Assembly: GCA_963668025.2 (NCBI GenBank)
Contig: CAXXTH010000010.1
Span: 352,001 to 416,000, forward strand
From: Candidatus Hydrogenedentota bacterium
Lineage (GTDB): Bacteria; Hydrogenedentota; Hydrogenedentia; Hydrogenedentales; SLHB01
DNA length: 64,000 bases
Reading direction: 5' to 3'
The position numbers and the translations under genes are program-made. The notes below the pieces were generated by a model. It was not told the origin of the DNA. It saw only the letters and a list, made by a program, of their open reading frames with translations, and made no database searches. Positions 10,107-20,347 of the stretch are shown in pieces. Every line of letters begins with the position of its first letter. Position 1 is the first letter of the stretch.

Positions 10107-10532
10107 CTACTCGTTATCCGCCTGCACGGCGCGGCGATTCCGCTTAAGGACGCTGCGCTGCTGTTTCTGTTCGGCATGGCGCACTTTGGATGCGCGGGTG
10201 GGCCGTGTCGGATGGCGGGGTTTGGGCGGTTCTGCGGCGGCCCGTATTAAGACCGATAAACGCTCGATAGCGTCCACGCGGTTCTGCTCCTGTGTGCGGT
10301 AACGCCGGGCGTCAATGATCAATACGCCTTCAACTGAAAGACGCTTGCCCGCAAGGCGCATCAGGCGCGCCCGCACTTCTTCCGGCAGCGCTGGCGATTG
10401 GCCGGCATCAAAACGGAGCTGCGCCGCCGTGGCCACTTTATTCACATTTTGCCCGCCCGGACCCGACGCGCGCACGAAATCGAATTGAATCTCGTTTTCA
10501 TCAATGCAGATAGTGTCCGTTACGTGTATCAT
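10107..10532 (-). CDS. arfB: Alternative ribosome rescue peptidyl-tRNA hydrolase ArfB (YaeJ)
   Basis: RASGPGGQNVNKVAT, RTQEQNR, basic C-terminal tail RHPTRPTRAS. Confidence 0.95.
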   Translation of the reverse strand: MIHVTDTICIDENEIQFDFVRASGPGGQNVNKVATAAQLRFDAGQSPALPEEVRARLMRLAGKRLSVEGVLIIDARRYRTQEQNRVDAIERLSVLIRAAAEPPKPRHPTRPTRASKVRHAEQKQQRSVLKRNRRAVQADNE

Positions 10533-10640
10533 AAGAAGAGGATACGCTTTGGCGGTGGAGAGGCTCAAGTGTGGCTCGAGGGCTTCCTGCCGCCGATAAG
10601 CGCATGGGAAAAGATTGCCGTAACGATAGGTGATGCGCAC

Positions 10641-11597
10641 ATGGAAGACATGCTCCTGGGTGTGGAAATCGGCGGCGCGAAATTACAGCTTGTATTGGCC
10701 CGTCCGCCGTGTGAGATCATCGCGTCGCGTCGCGGCTCCGTTCCTGTGGGCGCTGAGGCGCTGGATATCCTCGAGTGGATCGCGGAGGAAGCGCCCACGC
10801 TCATCCACGCCGCCCGCGAACATGGCGGCCATGTAGGGCGTATCGGCGTGGGCTTCGGCGGCCCGGTCGATACCGCCATGGGCCGCTCGATGATGTCGCA
10901 CCAAGTGGGCGGATGGCAGGATGTAGGGCTGAAAAGCTGGTTTGAACAAACCTTTGGCCTGCCCACGCTTGTCGCCAACGACAGCAATGCCGCAGGCTGG
11001 GCCGAATTCCGCATCGGCGCGGGCAAGGGAACACGGCATTTCTTTTACACCAATATCGGCAGCGGCATTGGCGGAGCATTGATTATCAGCGGACACCTGC
11101 ACAATGGCCAGGGATTCGGCGCGGGCGAGTTGGGCCATATGCGCGTGCCAGACTGGACCTCTCCCGAATCAGGCGCTTCGGACATACTCGAACACCTTTG
11201 CTCGGGATGGGCCATCGAACGGCGCATCCGCAAAATCCCTATCGAACCCGGCTCGCCCCTGGCGCGCCTTAGCGGCGGGGAGCCGGAAAACCGCACCTGC
11301 GCCATGCTTAGCGCGGCGGCGCTCGAGGGCGACGCCTATGCCTGCGCCGAGATCGGGCATATCGCCCACACCATGGGACTCGCCATCGCGAATGTCATCA
11401 CGCTGGCCCATCCCGAGCGCGTGGCGGTGGGCGGGGGCGTCAGCCTCATGGGCGAAACGTTGTTCGAGCCCCTGCGCCGGGCGGTCCATGAACATGTATT
11501 CAAGCCCTATCGCGGCCATTACGCCATCGTGCCCTGCGGGCTGGGCGAGCAGGCCGTCCCAATAGGGGCGATCTTGCTGGCGCAAGAGCCTGCGTAG
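10641..11597 (+). CDS. ROK family sugar kinase
   Basis: LGVEIGGAK, NDSNAAGWAE, GSGIGG, AGELGH, LEHLCSG. Confidence 0.92.
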   Translation: MEDMLLGVEIGGAKLQLVLARPPCEIIASRRGSVPVGAEALDILEWIAEEAPTLIHAAREHGGHVGRIGVGFGGPVDTAMGRSMMSHQVGGWQDVGLKSWFEQTFGLPTLVANDSNAAGWAEFRIGAGKGTRHFFYTNIGSGIGGALIISGHLHNGQGFGAGELGHMRVPDWTSPESGASDILEHLCSGWAIERRIRKIPIEPGSPLARLSGGEPENRTCAMLSAAALEGDAYACAEIGHIAHTMGLAIANVITLAHPERVAVGGGVSLMGETLFEPLRRAVHEHVFKPYRGHYAIVPCGLGEQAVPIGAILLAQEPA

Positions 11598-11666
11598 ATA
11601 TTATTTTGCATCATAAGGCATAAGCGGCACCGCGCGGCGGAGCCGCAACCAAAGCTCCGGATTTTG

Positions 11667-11923
11667 CACCACGAAGAAACGAAGAACACGAAGATTTTCC
11701 ACAGATGGCGCAGATGCCACAGATGAAAATCTAGAATGGATAGTTTTACTTCGTGTTCTTCGTGGTGGAAATCTGGTCTCTAACGAGTGGATGTATATTA
11801 ATTTACACAGAAAATCCATACAAGGAAACAAGATCTCGACAAATAGTAGTATTAAAATATTAAGTGAAACACTTTGTGACTCTGGCCACACGGTTGTCAA
11901 TCGCTCATCAGTGCCATCTGTGG
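11667..11923. repeat. Interleaved inverted 8-9-nt periodic repeat arms
   Basis: CCACGAAGAAACGAAGAACACGAAG pairs with CTTCGTGTTCTTCGTGGTG; CCACAGATGGCGCAGATGCCACAGATG pairs with CATCAGTGCCATCTGTGG. Confidence 0.65.
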
Positions 11924-11944
11924 GTCAATTTTTTTTTAATGGTT

Positions 11945-11966
11945 GTAGGGTGGGGCTTGCCCCACC
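11945..11966 (+). repeat. GTAG-type REP hairpin
   Basis: GTAG-GGTGGGGCTTGCCCCACC. Confidence 0.65.
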
Positions 11967-12131
11967 GCTCGACGGGCTAAGAAGACGGCGGAAAACTCCT
12001 TGTCCCTGACATGCCATCATGAACTGCCTTAGTAGCCACGCGACGCCGCTCGTGATATGATGGCGTCGTTCCCCCAAACGCCCACATCCACATTCAGACT
12101 CCACGGGGAAACGCGGGAAAGGAGCGGCATC

Positions 12132-15100
12132 GTGACGGATTTCAATGCGAGCTACAGAGAACTGCTTTCACGGACAAACGGTGAAAGTGTGGAGTTCCTG
12201 GATGGCGTTCGCAACCTGCGCAAAAAGGCACAAGAAGAAAACGCATATCTCTGGGCCAAGTTTTTTGAAGCACGAACAGAGCGGATTGAAAATCATCTTG
12301 AAGAAGCCTTGGCCAAATATGATGAAATTCTGCGAGAGACAACGAGCGAGTCTTCCGAAGAGTTAAGTCTTGACACTAGACTACTTGTTGCGAATGCGAT
12401 GAATGCTAAAGGTACAACTTTTGAGCTATCAAGAAAATCAGTTGAAGCCATTACCACCTACGACGATGTAGTGAAACGGTTTGGAGAATCCCAAGAGGTA
12501 TCTTTGCAAGAGCAGGTAGCAAAAGCCCTTTTCAACAAAGGATTTACTCTCGGGCGTCTGGAAAGACCACTTGAAGCGATAACCGCTTACGACAAAGTCG
12601 TGAAACGATTCGGAGAATCCCAAGAGGTTTCTTTGCAAGTGCAAATAGCTGGAGCCCTTCTCCTCAAAGGAATCATTCTTGGGCGACTGGAAAGACCACT
12701 TGAAGCGATAATCGCCTACGACGAAGTAGTGAGACGATTTGGGGAATCCCAAGAGGTATCTTTGCTAGAGCGGGTAGCAAAAGCCCTCGTCAACAAAGGA
12801 AACATTCTTGGGCAACTGGAAAGAACGCTTGAAGCGATAATCGCCTACGACGAAGTAGTGAGACGATTTGGGGAATCTCAAGAGGTTTCTCTGCAAGAGC
12901 GGGTAGCTAAAGCCCTTTTCAACAAAGGAATCACTCTCGGGCAACTAGAAAGAACGCTTGAAGAGATTGCCGCCTACGACGAAGTAGTGAGACGATTTAG
13001 AAAGTCCAAAGAGGTATCTCTGCAAGAGCAGGTAGCTAAAGCCCTTTTCAACAAAGGAATCACTCTCGGGCGACGGGAAAAAGCGCTTGAAGAGATCGCC
13101 ACCTACGACGAAATAGTGAAACGATTTGGGGAATCACAAGAGATATCTCTGCAAGAACAAGTAGCTAAAGCCCTCCTCAACAAAGGAATCACTCTCAAGC
13201 AACTGGAAAGAACACTTGAAGCGATAACCGCCTATGACGAAGTAGTGAGACGCTTTGGGGAATCCCAAAAGGCATCTCAGCAAGAACAAGTAGCTAAAGC
13301 CCTCGTCAAAAAGGGAGTTACTCTTGGACAACTTGGAAGACCACAAGAAGAGATTGCCGCCTACGACGAAGTAGTGAGACGGTTTTGGGAATCCCAAGAG
13401 GTATCTCTGCAAGTGCAGGTAGCTAAAGCCCTTTTCTACAAAGGAATCATTCTCGGGCAGTTTAAAGAGTTACTTGCATCGATAACAACCTACGACGAAG
13501 TAGTGAGACGATTTGGTGAATCAAAAGAGGTATCTCTGCAAGAGCAGGTAGCTAAAGCCCTTTTCATCAAAGGAGCTACTCTTGTGCAACTTGGAGAGTT
13601 ACTTGAAACGATTACCGCCTACGACGAATTAGTTAGACGATTTGGGGAATCAAAAGAGGTATCTCTGCAAGAGCAGGTAGCTAAAACCCTTTTCAACAAA
13701 GGAGCTACTCTTGGACAACTTGGAAGACCACTAGAAGAGATTGCCGCCTATGACGAATTAGTTAGACGATTTGGAGAATCCCAAGAAGCATCTCTGCAAG
13801 AGCAACTAGCTAAAGCCCTCGTCAAAAAAGGAGTTACTCTTGGACAACTTGGAAGACCACTAGAAGAGATTGCCGCCTACAACGAAGTAGTGAGACGGTT
13901 TTGGGAATCACAAGAGGTATCTTTGCAGGGGCAGGTAGCTAATGCCCTTTTCAACAAAGCAATCACTCTTGGAAATATTGGGGAATCAGTTGAAGCCATT
14001 GCCGCTTGCGACGAAGTAGTGAGACGGTTTGATGAAACGACAGAGCCTTCCGCACAGGGACGGGTGGCAATGGCGCTTTTCCTCAAAGGACGCGCCCAGA
14101 AGGAAATGTCAAAAGAAGATGACGCACGTAAAACATATAGAAGCGCCAGCGAGATTAGTGAAAAAATCTTGAATCAAGCACCTGTAGAGCCACTAAATGG
14201 ACAAGCATATGGACTTTTGCGAATAATCTTGTCTGTGCTTCAGGAAACAACTGGAAAAGACCTAGAAGATGCCAGTGTTCCATATTACCTTTGGGAAAAG
14301 TTTTCTCGAATCACCCTAATGGACGAGTCTGTATATAAATGGACAGCGGATATAAATATAAAGCTCGCAGAAACTAAAGTACTAGATAATACAATGCGTG
14401 GGAAGTGTCATTTTTCTCTCTTTGCTCTGGCATCCGCCATTAATGCAATTGACTTATCTGAGTTGTTGAAAGAATCGAAGAATGATGTACCAGAGCAACC
14501 CCCAAAAGAGCCGGATCATTATTGCCATTATACTACTTTGAATGTGCTTCGCTCCATATTGCCGATTCAACCTAAGAGTTTGAAACAAGAGGATCATAAG
14601 AAAACCGACACATTTATACTGCGTTTTGGCAACCTGGAATACGTGAATGACCCTACCGAAGGAATGGCATTTGCTAAACACTGCGAAGTGTGCAAACGTG
14701 ACTGTAAAAAGAACAGATTGCTCAGCAATTTTGTACAAAACGACGAACTCGATCCTCGCATTGCTCGAAAGATGTATGCACTATGTTTCACAGGAAACTA
14801 TGATCGCCTTGATCAGTGGCGATTGTATGGTAATGATGGCGACGGCATTTCGTTGTGTATTCCCGCCAGAGTTTTCAAGGAAAATGAAGAAAAGCTGACT
14901 CCATATCAAAAGCTGGATCTCAAATCTGAGAAGATATTATATGATAGTACGATAACTGGAATAGACAAGAACACTGAAGCAGAGTTCCCGGTTTCCTCTA
15001 AAAAAAGACCTTCTATACCTCTGACAAAGCCACAACGCGTGATGTATATGGCTGATGAAAAAATAGCGTTATGTGAAAAAATAAGGTGGGAACTGTCTCA

Positions 15101-15521
15101 TGCTGCCGATGTCATGACTGAAATTGAGAATAAGATGAACAAAGAGACTGATGAGGATCGAAAGAAGTCATGGGCAGATGCCGCAGAGCAATTTCGCTTA
15201 GGGGTCCAAGGGCTTCTACTCGAGGTGTTTTACTTGTTCAAATCCGAGGAATACCGAACAGAAGAGGAATATCGAATCATCGTTTTTGAATCCGATCTCG
15301 AGAACGCCGATATTGATGAAGAACCCACTAAACTAGGGAAGCCGCCACGAATCTTTCTGAAGTCGGAGCCGATCCTGTTCCAAGAGAAAGGATATGAGCT
15401 TTACATCGGCCCTAAAATTCCGAATCAACGGCTCGTGCAACTCGAACTGGAATACCGCCTCGCTCAACATGGATTAAGCGACAACGTAACCGTCAACATC
15501 TCGAAACTCAAATACCGCTGA
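12132..15521 (+). CDS. TPR-like tandem repeat protein with C-terminal DUF2971-like domain
   Basis: GTG after AAAGGAG; 43-aa repeats; C-terminal YCHYTT, NDPTEG, CFTGNYDRLDQWRLYG, KSEEYRTEEEYR, YIGP motifs. Confidence 0.8.
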   Translation: MTDFNASYRELLSRTNGESVEFLDGVRNLRKKAQEENAYLWAKFFEARTERIENHLEEALAKYDEILRETTSESSEELSLDTRLLVANAMNAKGTTFELSRKSVEAITTYDDVVKRFGESQEVSLQEQVAKALFNKGFTLGRLERPLEAITAYDKVVKRFGESQEVSLQVQIAGALLLKGIILGRLERPLEAIIAYDEVVRRFGESQEVSLLERVAKALVNKGNILGQLERTLEAIIAYDEVVRRFGESQEVSLQERVAKALFNKGITLGQLERTLEEIAAYDEVVRRFRKSKEVSLQEQVAKALFNKGITLGRREKALEEIATYDEIVKRFGESQEISLQEQVAKALLNKGITLKQLERTLEAITAYDEVVRRFGESQKASQQEQVAKALVKKGVTLGQLGRPQEEIAAYDEVVRRFWESQEVSLQVQVAKALFYKGIILGQFKELLASITTYDEVVRRFGESKEVSLQEQVAKALFIKGATLVQLGELLETITAYDELVRRFGESKEVSLQEQVAKTLFNKGATLGQLGRPLEEIAAYDELVRRFGESQEASLQEQLAKALVKKGVTLGQLGRPLEEIAAYNEVVRRFWESQEVSLQGQVANALFNKAITLGNIGESVEAIAACDEVVRRFDETTEPSAQGRVAMALFLKGRAQKEMSKEDDARKTYRSASEISEKILNQAPVEPLNGQAYGLLRIILSVLQETTGKDLEDASVPYYLWEKFSRITLMDESVYKWTADINIKLAETKVLDNTMRGKCHFSLFALASAINAIDLSELLKESKNDVPEQPPKEPDHYCHYTTLNVLRSILPIQPKSLKQEDHKKTDTFILRFGNLEYVNDPTEGMAFAKHCEVCKRDCKKNRLLSNFVQNDELDPRIARKMYALCFTGNYDRLDQWRLYGNDGDGISLCIPARVFKENEEKLTPYQKLDLKSEKILYDSTITGIDKNTEAEFPVSSKKRPSIPLTKPQRVMYMADEKIALCEKIRWELSHAADVMTEIENKMNKETDEDRKKSWADAAEQFRLGVQGLLLEVFYLFKSEEYRTEEEYRIIVFESDLENADIDEEPTKLGKPPRIFLKSEPILFQEKGYELYIGPKIPNQRLVQLELEYRLAQHGLSDNVTVNISKLKYR
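12462..14009 (+). repeat. 12 tandem 129-bp (43-aa) coding repeats plus partial flanking units
   Basis: Unit DEVVRRFGESQEVSLQEQVAKALFNKGITLGQLERTLEEIAAY recurs every 129 nt (e.g. 12720, 12849, 14010). Confidence 0.95.
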
Positions 15522-15655
15522 CAAATAACCGCTGAACCACCACGCCATCCGCACACGAGCGAAAGCGCTCCAATCCCTGTCAATACACATGAGTAACCAA
15601 AGTGAGCGTTGCCCACAACCCAATGTAACGGCATAACATTCTTTATTATCGTTTA

Positions 15656-15771
15656 CCTTTGCGTTCTTGGCGGCTTTGCGTGCGTATCAATCGAATGGGA
15701 TTCCTATAGTACACTGCACCAGCCTTACTCAATCTATTTCACGCAAAGCCGCGAAGCCGCCAAGAATGCAA
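15656..15771. repeat. Inverted 8-9-nt periodic repeat pair
   Basis: CTTTGCGTTCTTGGCGGCTTTGCGTG ... CACGCAAAGCCGCGAAGCCGCCAAGAATGCAA. Confidence 0.6.
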
Positions 15772-15865
15772 CCATATAAAGCGCGACATACCTACAATAA
15801 AAAAACTTCGTCACGCTTGAGTAACTGAAGCAGATTTGGCTAATTCGCAAGTGCTTCGCTCCCGC

Positions 15866-15900
15866 TTGCGCTTGCGCGTGCGATTGCCTATGCTAAGGCC
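15866..15900 (+). promoter_or_regulatory. Putative promoter giving a leaderless lhr mRNA
   Basis: TTGCGC-17 nt-TATGCT-6 nt-ATG, no SD sequence. Confidence 0.5.
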
Positions 15901-18900
15901 ATGCACGAAACACTGAAATTATTTCACCCCTTGATCCAGCGATGGTTCATCGAGCGCATCGGGACGCCCACGGAGGTGCAAGCGGCGGCGTGGCCGCGCA
16001 TCGCCGAGGGGCGGCATGTCCTTGCCACGGCCCCCACGGGCAGCGGAAAAACGCTCACGGCATTTTTATGGGGCCTCAACCAGCTCTTGAGCGGGGCGTG
16101 GACGCCGGGCGGTTTGCGCATGCTGTATGTGTCGCCGCTCAAGGCCCTCAACAACGACATCCAGCGCAACCTACTCAGTCCGCTCGCGGAACTGCGCGCC
16201 GTGTTCGCCCAGGCGGGTGTGGCGGTCCCGGCCATCGAGGCGCTCGTGCGCAGCGGCGACACCGAGCAATCCGAGCGTAGGCGCATGTTGCGGCGTCCGC
16301 CCGAGATCCTCATCACTACGCCGGAGAGCCTTAATCTCCTGTTGAGCACCCATTCCGCCCAGCCGATTCTGCGTGGCGTCGAGACGGTCATCCTCGATGA
16401 GATCCACGCCATCGCTCCCACGAAACGCGGCACGCACCTCATGAGCGCCATCGAGCGACTGGCGCGCCTCTCGGGCGAATTCCAGCGCGTGGCGCTCTCG
16501 GCCACGGTGAAGCCGCTGGATGTGGTGGCGGATTTTGTCGGCGGATATATCCAGCGCGGCGAGGCCTACGAGAAACGGCCCGTGTCCATCATCGAGGCGA
16601 AAGGCGCGAAACAATACGAAATCGCCGTGCGCTTTCCCGAGGGCGGCTTTGGCGAGGAACAGCCCAGCCCCGTGATGCCGCGCCTGGCGGCGCAGCTTAA
16701 AGAGCGCATCCTGCGCAATCACTCGACGCTCATCTTTACGACCAACCGGCGGCACTGCGAACGCTTGAGCCTCCTGATCAATGAAGACGAGGAGGAAATC
16801 ATCGCCTATTCGCATCACGGCTCGCTGTCGCGCGAGATGCGCATGGTGGTCGAGCAGCGCCTCAAGAATGGCGAACTGCGCGCCATTGTGGCCACCAGCA
16901 GCCTCGAACTGGGCATCGACATCGGCGCGCTGGATGAAGTCCTCCTGGTGCAAACGCCCTTCACCGTGGCGTCCGCCGTGCAACGCGTGGGGCGTGCGGG
17001 GCATACCGTAGGCGCGGTGAGCCGGGGGACCCTGTTCCCGATCCACGGGCGCGACATCCTCGATGCCGCCGTCATGGCCCGCGCCGTTGCCACGCAAGAC
17101 ATCGAGACGCTGGCCCCCGTGGCGGCCCCGCTCGATGTGCTCGCCCAGGTGCTCGTGTCCATGGCCTGCATGGAGCCATGGCGCTTGGACGCGCTCTACG
17201 CCTTCATCCGCACCTGCTGGTCGTTCAACACCCTTTCCCGTGCGCAATTCGACTTGGTGATCGACATGCTGGGCGGGCGCTACGAGGACAGCCGCCTGCG
17301 CATCCTCCAACCCTTGTTGTCGATTGATCGCATCAGCGGCATCGCCAGCGCCAAACCCGCGTCGCTCCGCATCCTATACGGTTCCGGCGGCACCATCCCC
17401 GACCGGGGCAGCTTCACCCTGCGCCACGCGGGCACGCACGCGAAAATCGGCGAACTCGACGAGGAGTTCGTCTGGGAGCGCCGCATCGGCGACTCGTTCA
17501 CGCTGGGCATGCAGTCGTGGACGATCCGCAATATCACCCATAACGATGTGCTCGTCGAATCCGCGCCTCCCCGGATGAAATACGTACCGTTCTGGCGCGC
17601 CGAGGATCAGGACCGGAATTTCGCATTCGCCGAGGCGGTGTCGCGTTTTTGCGAAGCGGCGGACAAGCGGCTCGATGATTACGATTTCGCGGAAGAACTG
17701 CGCGCGAGGTATTTCCTGGACACGCCCGCATCGGAGGCCCTCGTGCATTTCTTGAAGCGGCAGCGCGCCGCCACGGGCAAGCCCCTTCCGCACCGCCATC
17801 ATATCTTGATCGAGTATTGCTCCGAGCGCGCCGTCGAGGAAGGGCTTACGCTGGCCATCCTGCACACGCAGTGGGGTGGCTGCGTGAACCGGCCTTTCGC
17901 CGTGGCGCTGGCGCAGGCATGGGAAGACCGCACCGGTGAAACACTGGACATCATGGCCATGAACGAATGCGTCGTGCTGAGCATGTCCAGCGATGCGCCT
18001 GCCGTGGATTTTTTTGCCATCGTCGAGTCCGGCGAAGTCGAGGCGCTGCTGCGCAAGCGGCTCGAACGCACGGGATTTTTCGGCGCTCGGTTCCGCGAGA
18101 ATGCCGCGCGCGCCCTGCTGCTGCCGCGCCAATCCTTCTCGCGCCGCATGCCGCTTTGGCTCACGAAGCTGCGCTCGAAAAACCTGCTCGATGCGGTTTC
18201 GGGCTACCCCGATTTCCCCATCCTCATCGAGACCTGGCGCACCTGTCTGCGCGATGAATTCGATCTGCCTAACTTGAAGCTTCTGCTCGATGAAATTCAT
18301 CGCGGTGAAACGCAGATTTCGGTAGTGAACACCACCGTGCAGTCGCCTTTCGCCGAAGGCGCATTGTGGCGGAAGACGAACCAGCTCGTGTATGCCACCG
18401 ATGAGCGGCCCGGCGCGGGCGCGTCGCGGTTGAACGATGATTTATTACAGGAGGCCGTTTTCTCCGCCGCGCTGCGCCCCCAGATCGCACGCGAACTGGC
18501 GGCTACATTCGAGCGCAAGGCCCAGCGTACCTTCGAGGGGTACGCGCCGTCTTCACCCGAGGAACTGCTCGATTGGGTGAAAGAACGCCTGTTGATTCCT
18601 CTTCCCGAATGGAAGGCCCTCCTCGAAGCCATGGAGCGCGACCACGGCCTGAAGCCCGCCGCCGCTCTCAAAACGGTGGCGGACCGGCTCGCACGCATAA
18701 CTTTCCTTGGCCGCGCCGCGCCCGCCGTGGCGGCCCTCGAATGCCTGCCGCGCCTCCTCCGGTCGCTGCATCTTGATGTGGCGCGCCTCAAACTCGAGCC
18801 TATCCTGGGCCGGGGCGAAGCGCCCACCGTGCCGGATATCGAATCGCGCCGCGAAACGGATGACGAGAATGGCGCGGCGGATTGGCTGGGCGAATGGCTC

Positions 18901-20340
18901 CGCTATTATGGCCCGATGCCGCAAGACGCCCTATGCGCCGCCTTGCCGCTTCCCGTGGACGCCATCGAGGAAGCCCTGGATGTGTTGATCGACATGCGGG
19001 CCATCGTGGCGGGAAACCTCACCATCCCCGGCGACCGGGTCGAGGTGTGCGACGCGGAGAACCTCGAAATCCTGTTGCGCCTCACGCGCGCCCAGGCGCG
19101 GCCCGCCTTCGAGCCATTGCCCATCGAGGCCCTCACGCCTTTCCTCGCACGACAGCAAGGCATCCTCGCCGGAGAAGACGCCACCGTGCAGGACGCCATC
19201 GAACCGTTGTTTGGCTTCCCGGTTCCACCGCACTTGCTGGAGGCCGAATACCTTCCCGCGCGGCTTCATGAGTATGCCCCCTCCATGCTCGATATCGTGA
19301 ACAACGAGAGCGAGCTGATGTGGTGCGGCTGCGAGGGCAAACGCATCTTCATGTGCTTCCAGGATGATCGCGGCCTGTTCGTGGATGCGGAAACGCGGGA
19401 CGCCGAAAAAGACCGTATGTGGGAGCAAATCGCCCCGAAACTATTCGCAGATCCGCGCGGGCAATACTATTTCCAGTCCTTGCTCGACGCCACCCAGCTC
19501 ACCACGGCGGAATTGACGGATTCCCTGTGGGAATTCGTATGGGAGGGCCGCGTGTCGAACGAATCCTTCGCGGCCTTGCGCAAGGGCGTCGAGACGCAGT
19601 TCAAGACCGTGGACGCCGCCGCGCCCACGCGGCGGGGCATGGCCTCCCGCCGTTCCGCATGGCAGAGCGCCCGCGCGTATCCCGGGGCATGGCGCATGCT
19701 GCCCGCCATCGAGCCGCCCGCCGATCTGGTCGAACAGGACGAGATGAACCGCGAACGGGTCCGCGTGCTGCTCGAACGTTACGGCGTACTGTTCCGCGAA
19801 TTGCTCGCGAAAGAGCTGCCCCATATGCGCTGGCCGGTCCTATTCCGCACGCTGCGCCGCATGGAATTGTCGGGCGAGATTATCGCGGGATGCTTCTTTC
19901 ACGGCGTGCCGGGCCTGCAATTCACCTCGGCGGAGGCCTTTCGCGCTTTGCAGCATTTGCCCGATGAGGATCTGATTTATTGGATGAACGCCACGGATCC
20001 GGCATCGTTATGCGGCGTGGCGCTGCCCGCGTTGAAGGGCCAATTGCCGCCGCGCGTGGCGGGCACGCATTTGGTTTTTCACGGCCAGCGGCTCGTGCTG
20101 GTGTCGAAACGGAACGGCAAAGAACTCGATATCCGCGTGCCTGCGGATGATCCGTGCCTGGGGGCGTATTTCGGCGTGTTGCGGCATCTGCTCGCGCGCG
20201 CCGTCCAGCCGGTTGCCGCGATTCCCCTCGAAGTGATTAATGGCGAGCTCGCGCCGAAAAGCCCATACGCCACCTGGATTCGCGAGTTTTTTGACACCTG
20301 TACGGATGCGAAGGCCATCACGCTGTGGCGGCTGACATAA
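15901..20340 (+). CDS. lhr: Lhr-family ATP-dependent DEAD/H helicase (long form)
   Basis: APTGSGKT, YVSPLKALNND, ITTPESL, DEIH, HHGSLS, TSSLELGIDIG, QRVGRAGH, GELDEEFV, LLERYGV, ATDPA. Confidence 0.93.
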   Translation: MHETLKLFHPLIQRWFIERIGTPTEVQAAAWPRIAEGRHVLATAPTGSGKTLTAFLWGLNQLLSGAWTPGGLRMLYVSPLKALNNDIQRNLLSPLAELRAVFAQAGVAVPAIEALVRSGDTEQSERRRMLRRPPEILITTPESLNLLLSTHSAQPILRGVETVILDEIHAIAPTKRGTHLMSAIERLARLSGEFQRVALSATVKPLDVVADFVGGYIQRGEAYEKRPVSIIEAKGAKQYEIAVRFPEGGFGEEQPSPVMPRLAAQLKERILRNHSTLIFTTNRRHCERLSLLINEDEEEIIAYSHHGSLSREMRMVVEQRLKNGELRAIVATSSLELGIDIGALDEVLLVQTPFTVASAVQRVGRAGHTVGAVSRGTLFPIHGRDILDAAVMARAVATQDIETLAPVAAPLDVLAQVLVSMACMEPWRLDALYAFIRTCWSFNTLSRAQFDLVIDMLGGRYEDSRLRILQPLLSIDRISGIASAKPASLRILYGSGGTIPDRGSFTLRHAGTHAKIGELDEEFVWERRIGDSFTLGMQSWTIRNITHNDVLVESAPPRMKYVPFWRAEDQDRNFAFAEAVSRFCEAADKRLDDYDFAEELRARYFLDTPASEALVHFLKRQRAATGKPLPHRHHILIEYCSERAVEEGLTLAILHTQWGGCVNRPFAVALAQAWEDRTGETLDIMAMNECVVLSMSSDAPAVDFFAIVESGEVEALLRKRLERTGFFGARFRENAARALLLPRQSFSRRMPLWLTKLRSKNLLDAVSGYPDFPILIETWRTCLRDEFDLPNLKLLLDEIHRGETQISVVNTTVQSPFAEGALWRKTNQLVYATDERPGAGASRLNDDLLQEAVFSAALRPQIARELAATFERKAQRTFEGYAPSSPEELLDWVKERLLIPLPEWKALLEAMERDHGLKPAAALKTVADRLARITFLGRAAPAVAALECLPRLLRSLHLDVARLKLEPILGRGEAPTVPDIESRRETDDENGAADWLGEWLRYYGPMPQDALCAALPLPVDAIEEALDVLIDMRAIVAGNLTIPGDRVEVCDAENLEILLRLTRAQARPAFEPLPIEALTPFLARQQGILAGEDATVQDAIEPLFGFPVPPHLLEAEYLPARLHEYAPSMLDIVNNESELMWCGCEGKRIFMCFQDDRGLFVDAETRDAEKDRMWEQIAPKLFADPRGQYYFQSLLDATQLTTAELTDSLWEFVWEGRVSNESFAALRKGVETQFKTVDAAAPTRRGMASRRSAWQSARAYPGAWRMLPAIEPPADLVEQDEMNRERVRVLLERYGVLFRELLAKELPHMRWPVLFRTLRRMELSGEIIAGCFFHGVPGLQFTSAEAFRALQHLPDEDLIYWMNATDPASLCGVALPALKGQLPPRVAGTHLVFHGQRLVLVSKRNGKELDIRVPADDPCLGAYFGVLRHLLARAVQPVAAIPLEVINGELAPKSPYATWIREFFDTCTDAKAITLWRLT

Positions 20341-20347
20341 AGCGGAA

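Noticed and set aside
12462-14009. Regular repeats as a possible CRISPR array
   Set aside because: Contiguous 129-bp in-frame coding units with no unique spacers and no cas genes
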